The notes under the pieces: model-generated
Told to the model about the DNA's origin: nothing
Databases searched by the model: none
Seen by the model: only the letters and a program-made list of their open reading frames with translations
In this document: positions 31,386 to 40,831 of the stretch, piece after piece
How the letters are laid out: each line of letters opens with the position of its first letter
Numbering within the stretch: the first letter of the stretch is position 1
Program-made: the position numbers and the translations under genes
NCBI GenBank assembly: GCA_947623735.1
Contig: CANQHE010000002.1
Coordinates: 2,611-66,610, forward strand
DNA from: an uncultured Bacilli bacterium
GTDB lineage: Bacteria > Bacillota_I > Bacilli_A > RF39 > UBA660
DNA length: 64,000 nucleotides
Direction of reading: 5' to 3'

Positions 31386-32339
31386 ATGCCAGCTTGTTAT
31401 ACGCATCATGTTTTTACAAAAGATGTTTATAAAGTTATTGATGATAAGATTAAAGAAAAGATGGTAAATGCTCAAGATTTATTTAATTTGTTTGGTAAAA
31501 GTTTTGATGTTTTATTCTTTTCTAGAGCTAAGTTAGGACATTTTGCTCATAATAATAATGTTAATTTGTATTTTCAAAATATTATTAAATATATAAGAGA
31601 TAATAATTTACAGGATAATGGAGATGTTTTAGCATATTTATATGGTTCAATATGTCATTATGTGCTTGATTCGACGTGTCATCCTTATATTTATTATAAA
31701 ACGGGAAAATATAATAAAAAAGATAAAAAAACATGGAAGTATAAAGGACTTCATAATTATTATGAATATATGATAGATGCCATCATTTATCAAGATAGAA
31801 ATTTAAAAAATATTAAAAAAGCTAAACTTAGTAAAGAGTGTTTTCCAAGTGTTACTTTTAGTTTAGAACTTAAAAGTGCGATAGAATATGCTTATGCGAA
31901 TACTTTTTGTGCAATAAAGGCTAGTAGTGCGGTTTATACAGGATATTATAATTATCGTTTTATTATGAAGCATGGATTTGAGTCGCATTTTGGAATTAAA
32001 AGGGGGCTTTATAAAATTATTGATAAAACTAATTTAGTAAAGGCTTTAAATTTTAGTCCTCTTTGTTATAATAAAAAAGAACTTGATAAAAGTGTGCTTA
32101 ATTTAGAACATAATAAATGGTATTATCCGGTTGATAGAAAGATTAATTATCATTATTCTTTTTATGATCTTTATGATTTAAGTATTGAAAAAGCAAGAAA
32201 ATTAATTAATATGATAGATGAAGCTTTAGATAAAGATGATACTAGTATAAATAAAGTTTTAAAAGAAATAGGAGACAATAGTTATTGTACAGGTAAAAAA
32301 GCCGGGAAAAAATATAAAAATCAAATATATGAATTTTAA
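31386..32339 (+). CDS. Zinc-dependent phospholipase C family-like protein
   Basis: N-terminal MPACYTHHVF and the His-rich HFAHNNN / CHYVLDSTCHPY motifs are reminiscent of that family. ATG 31386 is preceded by GAGGTGG. Confidence 0.5.
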   Translation: MPACYTHHVFTKDVYKVIDDKIKEKMVNAQDLFNLFGKSFDVLFFSRAKLGHFAHNNNVNLYFQNIIKYIRDNNLQDNGDVLAYLYGSICHYVLDSTCHPYIYYKTGKYNKKDKKTWKYKGLHNYYEYMIDAIIYQDRNLKNIKKAKLSKECFPSVTFSLELKSAIEYAYANTFCAIKASSAVYTGYYNYRFIMKHGFESHFGIKRGLYKIIDKTNLVKALNFSPLCYNKKELDKSVLNLEHNKWYYPVDRKINYHYSFYDLYDLSIEKARKLINMIDEALDKDDTSINKVLKEIGDNSYCTGKKAGKKYKNQIYEF

Positions 32340-32986
32340 TAGTAATTTATGATAGCATCAGCGATAGCCTGGGCTATTTTTTGCTGGTAAGAACTTGATT
32401 CTAGTTTGTTTTTTTCAGTATAGTTAGATAAAAAGCCGCATTCAATTAAAACTCCGGGAATAGTTAGTTTATCATACATATAGGTTTTAGAAGGTATTTT
32501 TTTAATTTGGCGATTACCATTTAAGACTTTATTTAATGTTTCTTGGAAAACCATGGCGATTTCTTTATTTTCATCATTATTATAAAATACTTGAGGGCCA
32601 GAATAGGAAGAATCATTTAAATAGTTTAAATGAATAGAAACATACATATCTCCTTTACTTTCATTAATTAGTTTAATCCGGTTATCAAAGTCACTTTTTT
32701 TGCGATAGGTGGCATTGGGACTACTTAAATCATAATCATTATCTCTTGTTAATATTACTTCCGCGCCCATTTTTACAAGTTCAAGTTCTAAGTATTTACT
32801 AATTTTTAAATTAATATCTTTTTCATAAGTGGTGCCACTTGATGTTCCTGGGTCAGCTCCACCATGACCAGCATCGACAATTATTAATTTACCACTTAAG
32901 GGCAACATGGCACTTACTTTTGCACTAATAAAGATAGTACTTAAAAAGATAAGCGTAATAATAATTATTTTTATTTTTGGTTTCAT
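32336..32986 (-). CDS. cwlD: N-acetylmuramoyl-L-alanine amidase (Amidase_3; CwlD-like germination amidase)
   Basis: Signal peptide, IIVDAGHGGADPGT, SIHLN and ECGFLSN motifs. Size and sporulation context fit CwlD. Confidence 0.7.
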   Translation of the reverse strand: MKPKIKIIIITLIFLSTIFISAKVSAMLPLSGKLIIVDAGHGGADPGTSSGTTYEKDINLKISKYLELELVKMGAEVILTRDNDYDLSSPNATYRKKSDFDNRIKLINESKGDMYVSIHLNYLNDSSYSGPQVFYNNDENKEIAMVFQETLNKVLNGNRQIKKIPSKTYMYDKLTIPGVLIECGFLSNYTEKNKLESSSYQQKIAQAIADAIINYY

Positions 32987-33033
32987 GGTAATATATATGA
33001 ATAATTAATTAAAATAATTACGTATAAAGAAGT

Positions 33034-33726
33034 TTATTTCTTTAAAGATTTTTTACCATAATGTTTTAGAATTATTTCAGTTTCAATTTCTAAAGGGTCG
33101 ATAAAATTATCCGGTAATTTAAGTGCCTTTTTTAGAATAGATAATTCTGTACAGCCGAGAATGAAATAGTTACAATTACTGTTATTTATGATATTATTCC
33201 AGATATCTAAGTCAATATCTTGACCTTTTTTGACATTTTCAAAAATTATATGCATTATTCCTTCTTGGTCTTTGTCATTTAATATTTGATAAGATATGTC
33301 ATATTTTTTACAGGCATCTTGATAGAGATGGGATTCTATAGTTCCAGTAGTAGCAAGAATTAAAACATTATCCATATTATTATTTTTTAAATATTTAACT
33401 GTTTCTTCAATTAAATTTAAAATAGGAATATTTACTTCTTGTTGTAAATCTTTCCAGAAATAGCAAGCTGTATTACAGGGAATAGCAATTAAATCAGCAC
33501 CCATTTTTTCAAGAGTTTTAACATCATTTTTAAGGTCAGGATAGGGATTATCTTTACTTTTACCGAGAATATAGGCGGTTCTATCAGCGATAGTAGCATG
33601 ACTTAGTAAAACCATATTTATGTGGTCTTGGTCTTTGGTGGCTTCAGTATTTGTAGTTATTAATTCATAAAAGTATGAACTAGCAAGAGGACCTAAGCCT
33701 CCGACGATTCCTAAAAAATTTTTCAT
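33034..33726 (-). CDS. Aspartate/glutamate racemase family protein
   Basis: GIVGGLGPLASSYFY, IPCNTA and LGCTELS motifs. Confidence 0.85.
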   Translation of the reverse strand: MKNFLGIVGGLGPLASSYFYELITTNTEATKDQDHINMVLLSHATIADRTAYILGKSKDNPYPDLKNDVKTLEKMGADLIAIPCNTACYFWKDLQQEVNIPILNLIEETVKYLKNNNMDNVLILATTGTIESHLYQDACKKYDISYQILNDKDQEGIMHIIFENVKKGQDIDLDIWNNIINNSNCNYFILGCTELSILKKALKLPDNFIDPLEIETEIILKHYGKKSLKK

Positions 33727-33734
33727 AATATTAC

Positions 33735-34301
33735 CTACTTTCTATTTTTATTAAAATTTTTAATGAAATAATAAGTTATACAAGCAAGAGAACTAGTGAA
33801 GAAAATTAATGATAGCATTAAATATAAAATATTGTTTTTGGAATCTATTACATCAAGATAGATACTTCCAAAATAATTATTGAAATCAGCTTCAGTTATA
33901 GTATTTCCCATTTGACTATCGTTATAGACTTTAATGGCTAAATTTTTTACAGTTTCATTCGTGGGTTTAGTTACACCATAAATGGTTTTAGTGTTGGTAG
34001 TACTGGCATCGGCTAATTTATGATAAACATTATCAGACATATAAGCGATATAAAAATATGAATTATCATAAACAATATAATAACCTTTATTTTCTTCCCC
34101 AGTTACTTTGGCAAAAGAATAGGGTGGGTTAACAATTTTTAAATTAGCATATATATCAGTAGTATTATCATTTTTAATCGCATCATTTAAGTATATACTA
34201 TTAAAGGGAGCGTTAAGATAAATATATAAAACTAAAATAATTATACCAATGATAAAAAGGGGAATACTTATAAATAATAAATTATAATTTTTCTTTTTCA
34301 T
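33735..34301 (-). CDS. Hypothetical membrane protein (N- and C-terminal TM helices)
   Basis: 188-aa ORF with two hydrophobic segments flanking a polar domain. No family recognised. Confidence 0.5.
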   Translation of the reverse strand: MKKKNYNLLFISIPLFIIGIIILVLYIYLNAPFNSIYLNDAIKNDNTTDIYANLKIVNPPYSFAKVTGEENKGYYIVYDNSYFYIAYMSDNVYHKLADASTTNTKTIYGVTKPTNETVKNLAIKVYNDSQMGNTITEADFNNYFGSIYLDVIDSKNNILYLMLSLIFFTSSLACITYYFIKNFNKNRK

Positions 34302-34380
34302 TTAAAACACCTAATAGTATTATAGCATATTTAGTAGTTTTTTTTAAGATTTTATTTAATTTAGAAATTTATATGATAAA

Positions 34381-34424
34381 TTTACAATTTGTAAATTGTT
34401 TCTATTAGAAATATATGCTATAAT
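34381..34424 (+). promoter_or_regulatory. Promoter with palindromic operator upstream of the XRE gene
   Basis: Palindrome TTTACAATTTGTAAA (34381-34395) abuts TTGTTT (34396-34401), then a 17-nt spacer and TATAAT (34419-34424). Confidence 0.45.
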
Positions 34425-34494
34425 TATAAAGGATATAATTATATTATATATGGCTATACTCCTAAATTTAAATATGTGAAAGGATTTAGGATAT

Positions 34495-34761
34495 ATGTTA
34501 TATGTAAAAGAATCGAGAGGTGATATCTTCAAAATAATTGGCGCTAATGTGAGGTATTATCGAGGATTATATAATATAAATCATCCTGATAAAAGAATTA
34601 GTCAGGCAAAAATGGCCGAAATGTGTAATGTTTCGACAGGTCTTATTGGTTCTTTAGAAACAGGTAAAGTACTTGGAATAAGTATACCCGTATTATATAA
34701 TATTTCTCAGATATTAAATGTTAGTATTGATAAGTTTTTTGAAGATAGAACTAAACGATAA
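34495..34761 (+). CDS. XRE-family helix-turn-helix transcriptional regulator
   Basis: HTH_3-like ISQAKMAEMCNVSTGLIGSLETGK. Confidence 0.75.
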   Translation: MLYVKESRGDIFKIIGANVRYYRGLYNINHPDKRISQAKMAEMCNVSTGLIGSLETGKVLGISIPVLYNISQILNVSIDKFFEDRTKR

Positions 34762-34772
34762 AAAAACAGGTA

Positions 34773-35108
34773 TTAGTCAGATGTACCTGTTTTTCTTATA
34801 ATTATTTCATTTGGTCTTGTATATAAATATTTTTCTTTAGCATAACGTTCCATGTATTCGGGGTTTTTTAGTTTTTGAACTTCCGCTTTTAAGGCTTCTT
34901 CATTATTTAATAGTTCTTCATAATTGCTTTCTAAAAGGGCTATTTCTTTGTTATTAGCCATAATTTTTAACCAGTCAGGAAAGATATTAATGCACATAAA
35001 AGTTACAATAAATATGAAGATTATAACAAAAAGTGTCATACGTCTTCGTGCTTGTTTCGTAATTTTTTTTGGCATCATATCACCCCTATTTTGTTTTAAG
35101 TATAACAT
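34773..35108 (-). CDS. divIC: Septum formation initiator DivIC/FtsB family
   Basis: Basic N-terminus, one TM helix, and a coiled coil (LESNYEELLNNEEALKAEVQKLKNPEY). Follows yabP-yabQ as in Bacillus. Alternative starts at ATG 35078/35075. Confidence 0.8.
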   Translation of the reverse strand: MLYLKQNRGDMMPKKITKQARRRMTLFVIIFIFIVTFMCINIFPDWLKIMANNKEIALLESNYEELLNNEEALKAEVQKLKNPEYMERYAKEKYLYTRPNEIIIRKTGTSD

Positions 35109-35419
35109 TACTTTTTTAATTTGGCAAGAAACTTCTTAAAAATTGGCAAATTTAACATTTTACTTGACATTTTTAGACTAGTTATAAAACCGAGAATTAT
35201 CATTATGAGAAAATAAATATGAAATTTACCATTATTTAATTTATATAAACATATTAAATAAATAAGAGTTATATTATACATAAAAAGAATAGTTATAAGA
35301 GAACGATATATTTTGCTTTTATTTTTAATAATACTTATATTTAAGTGATTTAAAAAATAGAAAAATAAGCCAAAAAAGTAGGAAAATATTAAGACTATTA
35401 TTTGTATTTTAGCAGTCAT
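35108..35419 (-). CDS. yabQ: Spore cortex biosynthesis membrane protein YabQ
   Basis: 103-aa polytopic membrane protein, translationally coupled (TAATG) to yabP. Confidence 0.7.
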   Translation of the reverse strand: MTAKIQIIVLIFSYFFGLFFYFLNHLNISIIKNKSKIYRSLITILFMYNITLIYLICLYKLNNGKFHIYFLIMIILGFITSLKMSSKMLNLPIFKKFLAKLKK

Positions 35420-35709
35420 TATTTAAAGAGTTTAGATAAAAGACTTTCTTCTTTGGGTTTTTCTTTGTTATCTAGGTAGGTGAAGCTATTTATTTTTCCT
35501 TTAATTTTTACATTGCCATCATGAGTATCAAGTTTCATTATTTCTAAGTTACTACCTTTTATTAAAACTAATCCCATTATGCTTTCCAGTAAAAATTCTT
35601 CACTATCAAAGCTAGTTATTTTTTTGATGCCTGTTAGAGCTATTTCTCTTCGGTCTATTAGTTTTAATTCATGAGAACCATAAGTTATTATTTCTTGTCT
35701 ATTATCCAT
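35419..35709 (-). CDS. yabP: Sporulation protein YabP
   Basis: HELKLIDRREIALTGIKKITSFDSEEFLLES...IKGSNLEI is typical of the YabP/YqfC fold. Confidence 0.85.
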   Translation of the reverse strand: MDNRQEIITYGSHELKLIDRREIALTGIKKITSFDSEEFLLESIMGLVLIKGSNLEIMKLDTHDGNVKIKGKINSFTYLDNKEKPKEESLLSKLFK

Positions 35710-35762
35710 TAAATATTTCTCCTTTTATAAAATAATATGCTTTTAATGGTAAATTATGCCAA

Positions 35763-35785
35763 GAAAAAAACTTGCACTGGCAAGT
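35763..35785 (-). terminator. Intrinsic terminator of spoVG
   Basis: Minus strand: ACTTGC-cagt-GCAAGT followed by T7. Confidence 0.75.
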
Positions 35786-35786
35786 C

Positions 35787-36044
35787 TTATTCAGCTTTTT
35801 CGTATTGTTCTAGAATAGCGTCTTCAAACATTTTACGTACATCTGGATTAATTGGATGAGCTATATCTCTATATCCACCAGTAGCAGTTTTTCTACTAGG
35901 CATAGCGATAAATAATCCATTATCTCCTTCAATAATACGAATGTCATGAATAGCGAATGAATCATCAATTAATACTGATGCTATTCCTTTCATTCTTGAA
36001 CCTTCTTTTTCAATTTTACGTACGCTTACTGATGTAATTTGCAT
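35787..36044 (-). CDS. spoVG: Septation/regulatory protein SpoVG
   Basis: [11 protein letters not shown]...[22 protein letters not shown]...RDIAHPIN is highly similar to SpoVG. Confidence 0.93.
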   Translation of the reverse strand: MQITSVSVRKIEKEGSRMKGIASVLIDDSFAIHDIRIIEGDNGLFIAMPSRKTATGGYRDIAHPINPDVRKMFEDAILEQYEKAE

Positions 36045-36132
36045 AAATATTCTTATTTCCCTTCTAAAGTTCTTAAAACTTAATTATATTGTATAGCAAA
36101 ATAGTAAAAATAGCAAGAGTTTACTTAAATTT

Positions 36133-36153
36133 CCTAAAATAAATTTGAAAATT
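36133..36153 (+). repeat. 21-nt direct repeat, copy 1 (CCTAAAATAAATTTGAAAATT)
   Basis: Identical 21-mer recurs at 37909-37929. An AGTTTAC motif precedes both copies. Confidence 0.8.
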
Positions 36154-36211
36154 CCCACATATTAAGAAAGGGGAAATAAGTTATTAACATTATTAAATGT
36201 TTATCATAAAG

Positions 36212-36853
36212 TTATTTATTTTTCTTCAAACGATAAGCCATGATATAACCAAATATGGCACTTACTAAAAATATTAGAAAATCATAACTTAGATTTTGTT
36301 TTAAAATTATTTCTATAATTGATATAATTGCAATTAAGAAAAAGATAGTATTAATAATTAATAAAGATTTAAAACATTTTTTAAGATATAATATGTAATT
36401 TAAGATAATTAATAAAACATAATATATAAAGAATTCTATAGTACTAATTAAAAAATATTTATAAGCATTATGGGATGCTATAATAATATCATTATTATTT
36501 ATAACTTCGGCAGTAAGTGATGAGATAGAAACATATCCCGCATACATAAAATATACTATAGGAACTATAAATATAATACTTAAATAAATAATTTTTAAAA
36601 TATTATTTTTAAGATTATTTTTTTGATATATTTTTTTTACTTCATTATTATTATCTTCTTTTAAATTTAATATATCATTAATACTAGTATCTAACACTTT
36701 ACTAAGTAATATTAATATTTCTATATTAGGTATACTTCTATTAGTTTCATAACTACTAATAGTTTTAGGTGAAACATTTATTAATTTAGCTAATTCTTCT
36801 TGTGTTAAATTCTTTTCTTTACGCAAGTTAGAAATATTAAGACCAATATTCAT
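36212..36853 (-). CDS. Membrane-anchored XRE-family HTH regulator
   Basis: N-terminal HTH (LTQEELAKLINVSPKTISSYETNR) followed by about four hydrophobic helices. Confidence 0.75.
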   Translation of the reverse strand: MNIGLNISNLRKEKNLTQEELAKLINVSPKTISSYETNRSIPNIEILILLSKVLDTSINDILNLKEDNNNEVKKIYQKNNLKNNILKIIYLSIIFIVPIVYFMYAGYVSISSLTAEVINNNDIIIASHNAYKYFLISTIEFFIYYVLLIILNYILYLKKCFKSLLIINTIFFLIAIISIIEIILKQNLSYDFLIFLVSAIFGYIMAYRLKKNK

Positions 36854-37025
36854 TTGTAATCCTCCTCCTATATTAGGATAACATACTTTTTTAAATATTG
36901 CACTCTAATTATTGTAGACTTTTTTTAAAATATCTTTCCTATAGATTATAAGGCATTAAAAAAGAGGCTTAATTCAAAAACACTTAATTCTTCAATTACC
37001 TCTTATAAATTTTTTGTTGAAAATA

Positions 37026-37816
37026 TTACTCAACTAACTCTATATATTTTGCATTCAACGCTGGTAATGTTATTAATTCCCCAAATATTGACTCATATTC
37101 ATATAATCCAACAAGTTTTCCATAAACAGTCACAATATCATCTTCTAATATACGCCCTTTTATAGAGTTAGAAGGAATTAAAACAAAAATTGTATCATCA
37201 TACCAACCATCTTCATATGTTACATTAATTCTTAATGAATAATTCCCATTTTCTTCTAAAACTTGTATTACTTCACCAGTAAATTTTGCATATTTGCCCT
37301 CATAATCATCAGAATACCTAAATATTTTTTCATAATATAAGTATTACATTTTGAAATATATTCATTTTTTAATCTTGTAAGAGCTGTTTCATATTTTTCA
37401 GTTATCGTGTTTTTTGAACTATCTAAAGCCTTTACTTCATTAACATAATTCTTCATATTAATATTTGATATATCATCTACTTCAACATATGAATTTACTT
37501 CTTCGTTTTCATTTGTTTTACAAGCATAATATATTTTTTTTAATTTTATATCTTCTTTTAAATTGTTCTTTAACAATTCTGAGAACTGTTCACTGCCATT
37601 AACGCATGAAACCCAGTCATCAACATTATATAAAGCAATTGTTGTAGTATAATCGTCATCAATTAAAAGTTTCTTATCATCATAGGTCCAATTTCCTGAA
37701 ATAGTATCTTTAACATAATTTTTAATTTCTTCTTTATTTGCTTCAATATCTTTTTTGGATTCACACCCAGTTAAGACTAATACCATTATTCCTAATATTA
37801 ACATTGTTTTTTTCAT
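37026..37816 (-). pseudogene. Lipoprotein gene disrupted by a frameshift in an A6 run
   Basis: The ORF 37268-37816 starts with lipobox LVLTGC. A second frame stays open to stop 37026-37028 (YSDDYEGKYAKFTGEVIQVLEE...YIELVE). Adding one A to the run at 37325-37330 joins the two frames. Confidence 0.65.
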
Positions 37817-37908
37817 AAATACAACTCCTTCACACTTAATAAAAAATATTACTACTTATAATTAATTATAACATAATCAAATTTCTTTTACAATGAATGA
37901 ATAGTTTA

Positions 37909-37929
37909 CCTAAAATAAATTTGAAAATT
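37909..37929 (+). repeat. 21-nt direct repeat, copy 2
   Basis: Identical to 36133-36153. It abuts the inferred left end of the IS30-family element. Confidence 0.8.
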
Positions 37930-38034
37930 GTAATTAAAAAAAAGAAGTGCACAATTAAGGTGCAATAAAATTTAGAAACAGTTATAATACTTTATAAGCA
38001 ATTTATTTGTCATATAAAAGGAGGTATATATACT

Positions 38035-39255
38035 ATGACAAATTATTGTCATTTATCTTATGAAGATAGAAAAAATATTGAAGATGGATTAAACGATAAT
38101 AAATCTATTAATCAGATAGCTAAGGAAATTAATAGATCTCATTCTTCTGTTTTAAGAGAAATTGATCGTAATAAAGTTTTTACTAAACCAAGTAATTGGA
38201 ATTGTGGTAATAGATATGAAAATCCTAATTATAACCCTTATTGTGATAAGTTAGATTCTTCCCCTTATGTTTGTAATGGTTGTAATTCAAGAAGTGGTTG
38301 TAGAAAAGAAAGATATACTTATTATGCCAGAAAAGCTGATGATATTTATAAAGAAGTTAAAAGTGAAGCTAGAAAAGGTATTAATTTAACTCCAGAAGAA
38401 GTATTTCAAATTAATAAAGTTCTTACTCCTCTTATAAAAAAAGGCCAAACTATAAATCACTTATATATTAATCACCCTGATTTATTAGATTTTTCTAAAC
38501 CATCTTTTTATAATTATGTAAATAATGGTGTATTTGAATTTGGACCTTTAGATTTCCCTAGAATTGTTAAATATAAAAAAAGGAAAAAGAAGCATAATAG
38601 AAGAACTCGAAAAGAAAGAGAGATTTTAATTAATAGAAAATATTCTGACTTCTTAGATTATACATCTAAAAATCCCTATTTAAACATTGTTGAAATGGAT
38701 ACAGTTGAAGGTTTACAAAATGAAGCTGATTGCTTTCTTACTCTTTTTTGGAGAAAATCTCATTTTATGCTTATATTTAAATTAAAATCTCAAACTACTG
38801 AAGAAGTAACTAGAATATTTGAAATTCTTCAAACTTTTATACCTGTAGAAGATTATAAAAGACTATTTCAAGTTATTCTTACTAATAATGGTCATGAATT
38901 TTTTGATGTTAATAATATTGAATGTATTCATGAAACTGGAGAATATGCTACCCATCTTTTCTTTTGTGATCCTTCTGCTTCTTGGCAAAAAGGTGGCATA
39001 GAGAAAAACCATGAATTTATTCGTTATATTTTACCTAAAGAATCCTCATTTAAAAACTTAACTGTAGAAGAAGTAAAACAGATAGAAGATAATATTAATA
39101 ATATTCCTAGAGATATTTTTGGTGGTAAAACTCCTTATCTTTTAACTAATGAATTATACCCTGAATTGGTAGAATTATTAAATTCAAAATATATAGCACC
39201 TGATGATGTAACTTTAAATCCTTTAGATATATTTGGTGATAAAAATGAAAAATAA
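38035..39255 (+). CDS. IS30-family transposase
   Basis: N-terminal HTH (LSYEDRKNIEDGL...INQIAKEINRSHSSVLREIDRN) and a DDE integrase core (VEMDTVEG...LTNNGHEF...WQKGGIEKNHEFIR). Confidence 0.85.
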   Translation: MTNYCHLSYEDRKNIEDGLNDNKSINQIAKEINRSHSSVLREIDRNKVFTKPSNWNCGNRYENPNYNPYCDKLDSSPYVCNGCNSRSGCRKERYTYYARKADDIYKEVKSEARKGINLTPEEVFQINKVLTPLIKKGQTINHLYINHPDLLDFSKPSFYNYVNNGVFEFGPLDFPRIVKYKKRKKKHNRRTRKEREILINRKYSDFLDYTSKNPYLNIVEMDTVEGLQNEADCFLTLFWRKSHFMLIFKLKSQTTEEVTRIFEILQTFIPVEDYKRLFQVILTNNGHEFFDVNNIECIHETGEYATHLFFCDPSASWQKGGIEKNHEFIRYILPKESSFKNLTVEEVKQIEDNINNIPRDIFGGKTPYLLTNELYPELVELLNSKYIAPDDVTLNPLDIFGDKNEK

Positions 39256-39469
39256 ATATATAGATTATAATCCAGTAAAAGGATTTATTACTTTTAATGA
39301 CTTAATTGGAGACCTTAAAGAAATTCTACAAAATTATAAAGATTTAGAAGATATAGTTATTAATATATTAAAAAATTTACAAGTTGATAATGAAACAATT
39401 ACTTCATTATTTGTATGTAATATTGCTAATAACTTAGAAGATATAATTAATGTTTTACAAAGATTGTAA
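39245..39469 (+). CDS. Small hypothetical protein carried inside the IS
   Basis: 74-aa ORF whose ATG overlaps the transposase stop (SD GGTGA). Helical and acidic; no family recognised. Confidence 0.4.
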   Translation: MKNKYIDYNPVKGFITFNDLIGDLKEILQNYKDLEDIVINILKNLQVDNETITSLFVCNIANNLEDIINVLQRL

Positions 39470-39725
39470 AAAAGAAGTAGTATTAAATACTCCTTCTTTA
39501 CTGGCAAACAAGCCATTTTCTCTTCAAAAAAACAATAATGTACGGGAACCTAGTCGTGAAAAAGATTATTTTCGTACACTTTTTCACGTGCTATAAATTC
39601 CAACGTAAACGATATTCTAACATATTTTTTCTAAATTTACCACTTTTTTTACTCGTTTATGAGCACTTTTTTATTTACATATTTTGAATTATGTTAGATG
39701 GGAACTTATTTTTTAATTCTCCCGT

Positions 39726-39938
39726 TTACTTAAATTTTATTGAAATATCACCAGTTATGACGTCAGCGTAAGTAAAACTTTTTTCATTACCATTACTAGA
39801 AATTGTAAAAATATTGGGATATATAGCATTTATTCTTCCTTCATAAGTACTAGTTTTGTTGCGCATACCAAATACTTTAATGATTACTTCTTGATTTATT
39901 TTTTGTTTTAATTCTTCACGAATATAATCTGTATTCAA
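39726..39938 (-). CDS. veg: Veg protein (biofilm/sporulation-associated small protein)
   Basis: 70 aa with the YPNIFTI...SFTYADVITG pattern, like B. subtilis Veg. Sits downstream of yabG. Confidence 0.85.
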   Translation of the reverse strand: MNTDYIREELKQKINQEVIIKVFGMRNKTSTYEGRINAIYPNIFTISSNGNEKSFTYADVITGDISIKFK

Positions 39939-39947
39939 AATTCCTCC

Positions 39948-40721
39948 TTATCTGGGATAGCCTACATACATAAGGCCATTACATTTAATACCACCCATGC
40001 CATCAGCGCCATATTTGGTTTCGTCTAAAAGTTTAATAAGATTAATTTCTTTGTTTCTTTCAGTTAAGGCAAGAGTGCTCGCGATTATCGCGGGATCTAA
40101 AGCATGAATATTAGTTCTTTTGGGGGATGAGGCAAAATTGGCTCCAGCCTTAATTAATTCTTCATAATTAGATTGACAGGCGCCAGCAATTATAACAAGT
40201 TTTTCAGGAGATTTTTCATAGGAACGAGCAACTTTAACAGCTTTTACAAAATTTTTAGTATTACGATAATTATTGATATCGGTGATATCACCTTTTTTCT
40301 TGTAGTAAGCATCATGACCAGTTATAATAACAATATCAGGTTTATATTCTTTTAAAAGGGGAAGAATGGCTTCGAAGATATGATTTTCGTTGATACTTTT
40401 GCCTATAGCATACACTCCTTTTTTTTTATAATATTCAATACATTTATTTAAGTAATCTTTGTCACCATCGATATGTAAGATACGGGCGGGTAAATAAAAG
40501 TATTCATTACGATTTAAAGGAATAGCACGTTCTTCTATTTCTTTTAGTTCGATTTTTTCTTCGGGAATGTATTTCATTAAATCATCTTCTAAAGCATCGG
40601 CATAAAGTCTAACTTCAACTCCTTTTAAATAGTAAATATTGTTTTTGATATTGGTAATTTTAAAGACGGTGTCATGGTTGTAGCTAGTTCGGGTTACTAA
40701 GTCGCCTCTTTTTAGTTCCAT
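39948..40721 (-). CDS. yabG: Sporulation-specific protease YabG
   Basis: ILHIDGDKDYL, IVIITGHDAY and AGACQSNYE motifs are typical of peptidase U57 YabG. Confidence 0.88.
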   Translation of the reverse strand: MELKRGDLVTRTSYNHDTVFKITNIKNNIYYLKGVEVRLYADALEDDLMKYIPEEKIELKEIEERAIPLNRNEYFYLPARILHIDGDKDYLNKCIEYYKKKGVYAIGKSINENHIFEAILPLLKEYKPDIVIITGHDAYYKKKGDITDINNYRNTKNFVKAVKVARSYEKSPEKLVIIAGACQSNYEELIKAGANFASSPKRTNIHALDPAIIASTLALTERNKEINLIKLLDETKYGADGMGGIKCNGLMYVGYPR

Positions 40722-40831
40722 TATTAATCACCATTTAAGTATATGTTTTTTAGATTTTTTTAGAAGGAAAATATAGGAGGAATTTGTAGATTTTTGGAAG
40801 TTTTTATGGTATTATGTATTTATAATAGGAA

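Larger units (their letters stand above)
37931..39677 (+). mobile_element. IS30-family insertion sequence (~1.75 kb) with an extra small ORF
   Basis: Transposase gene flanked by imperfect terminal inverted repeats: left TAATTAAAAAAAAGAAGTGCAC...TTTAGAAA (37931-37978), right TTTCTAAA...GAGCACTTTTTTATTTA (39628-39677). Ends are approximate. Confidence 0.6.
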
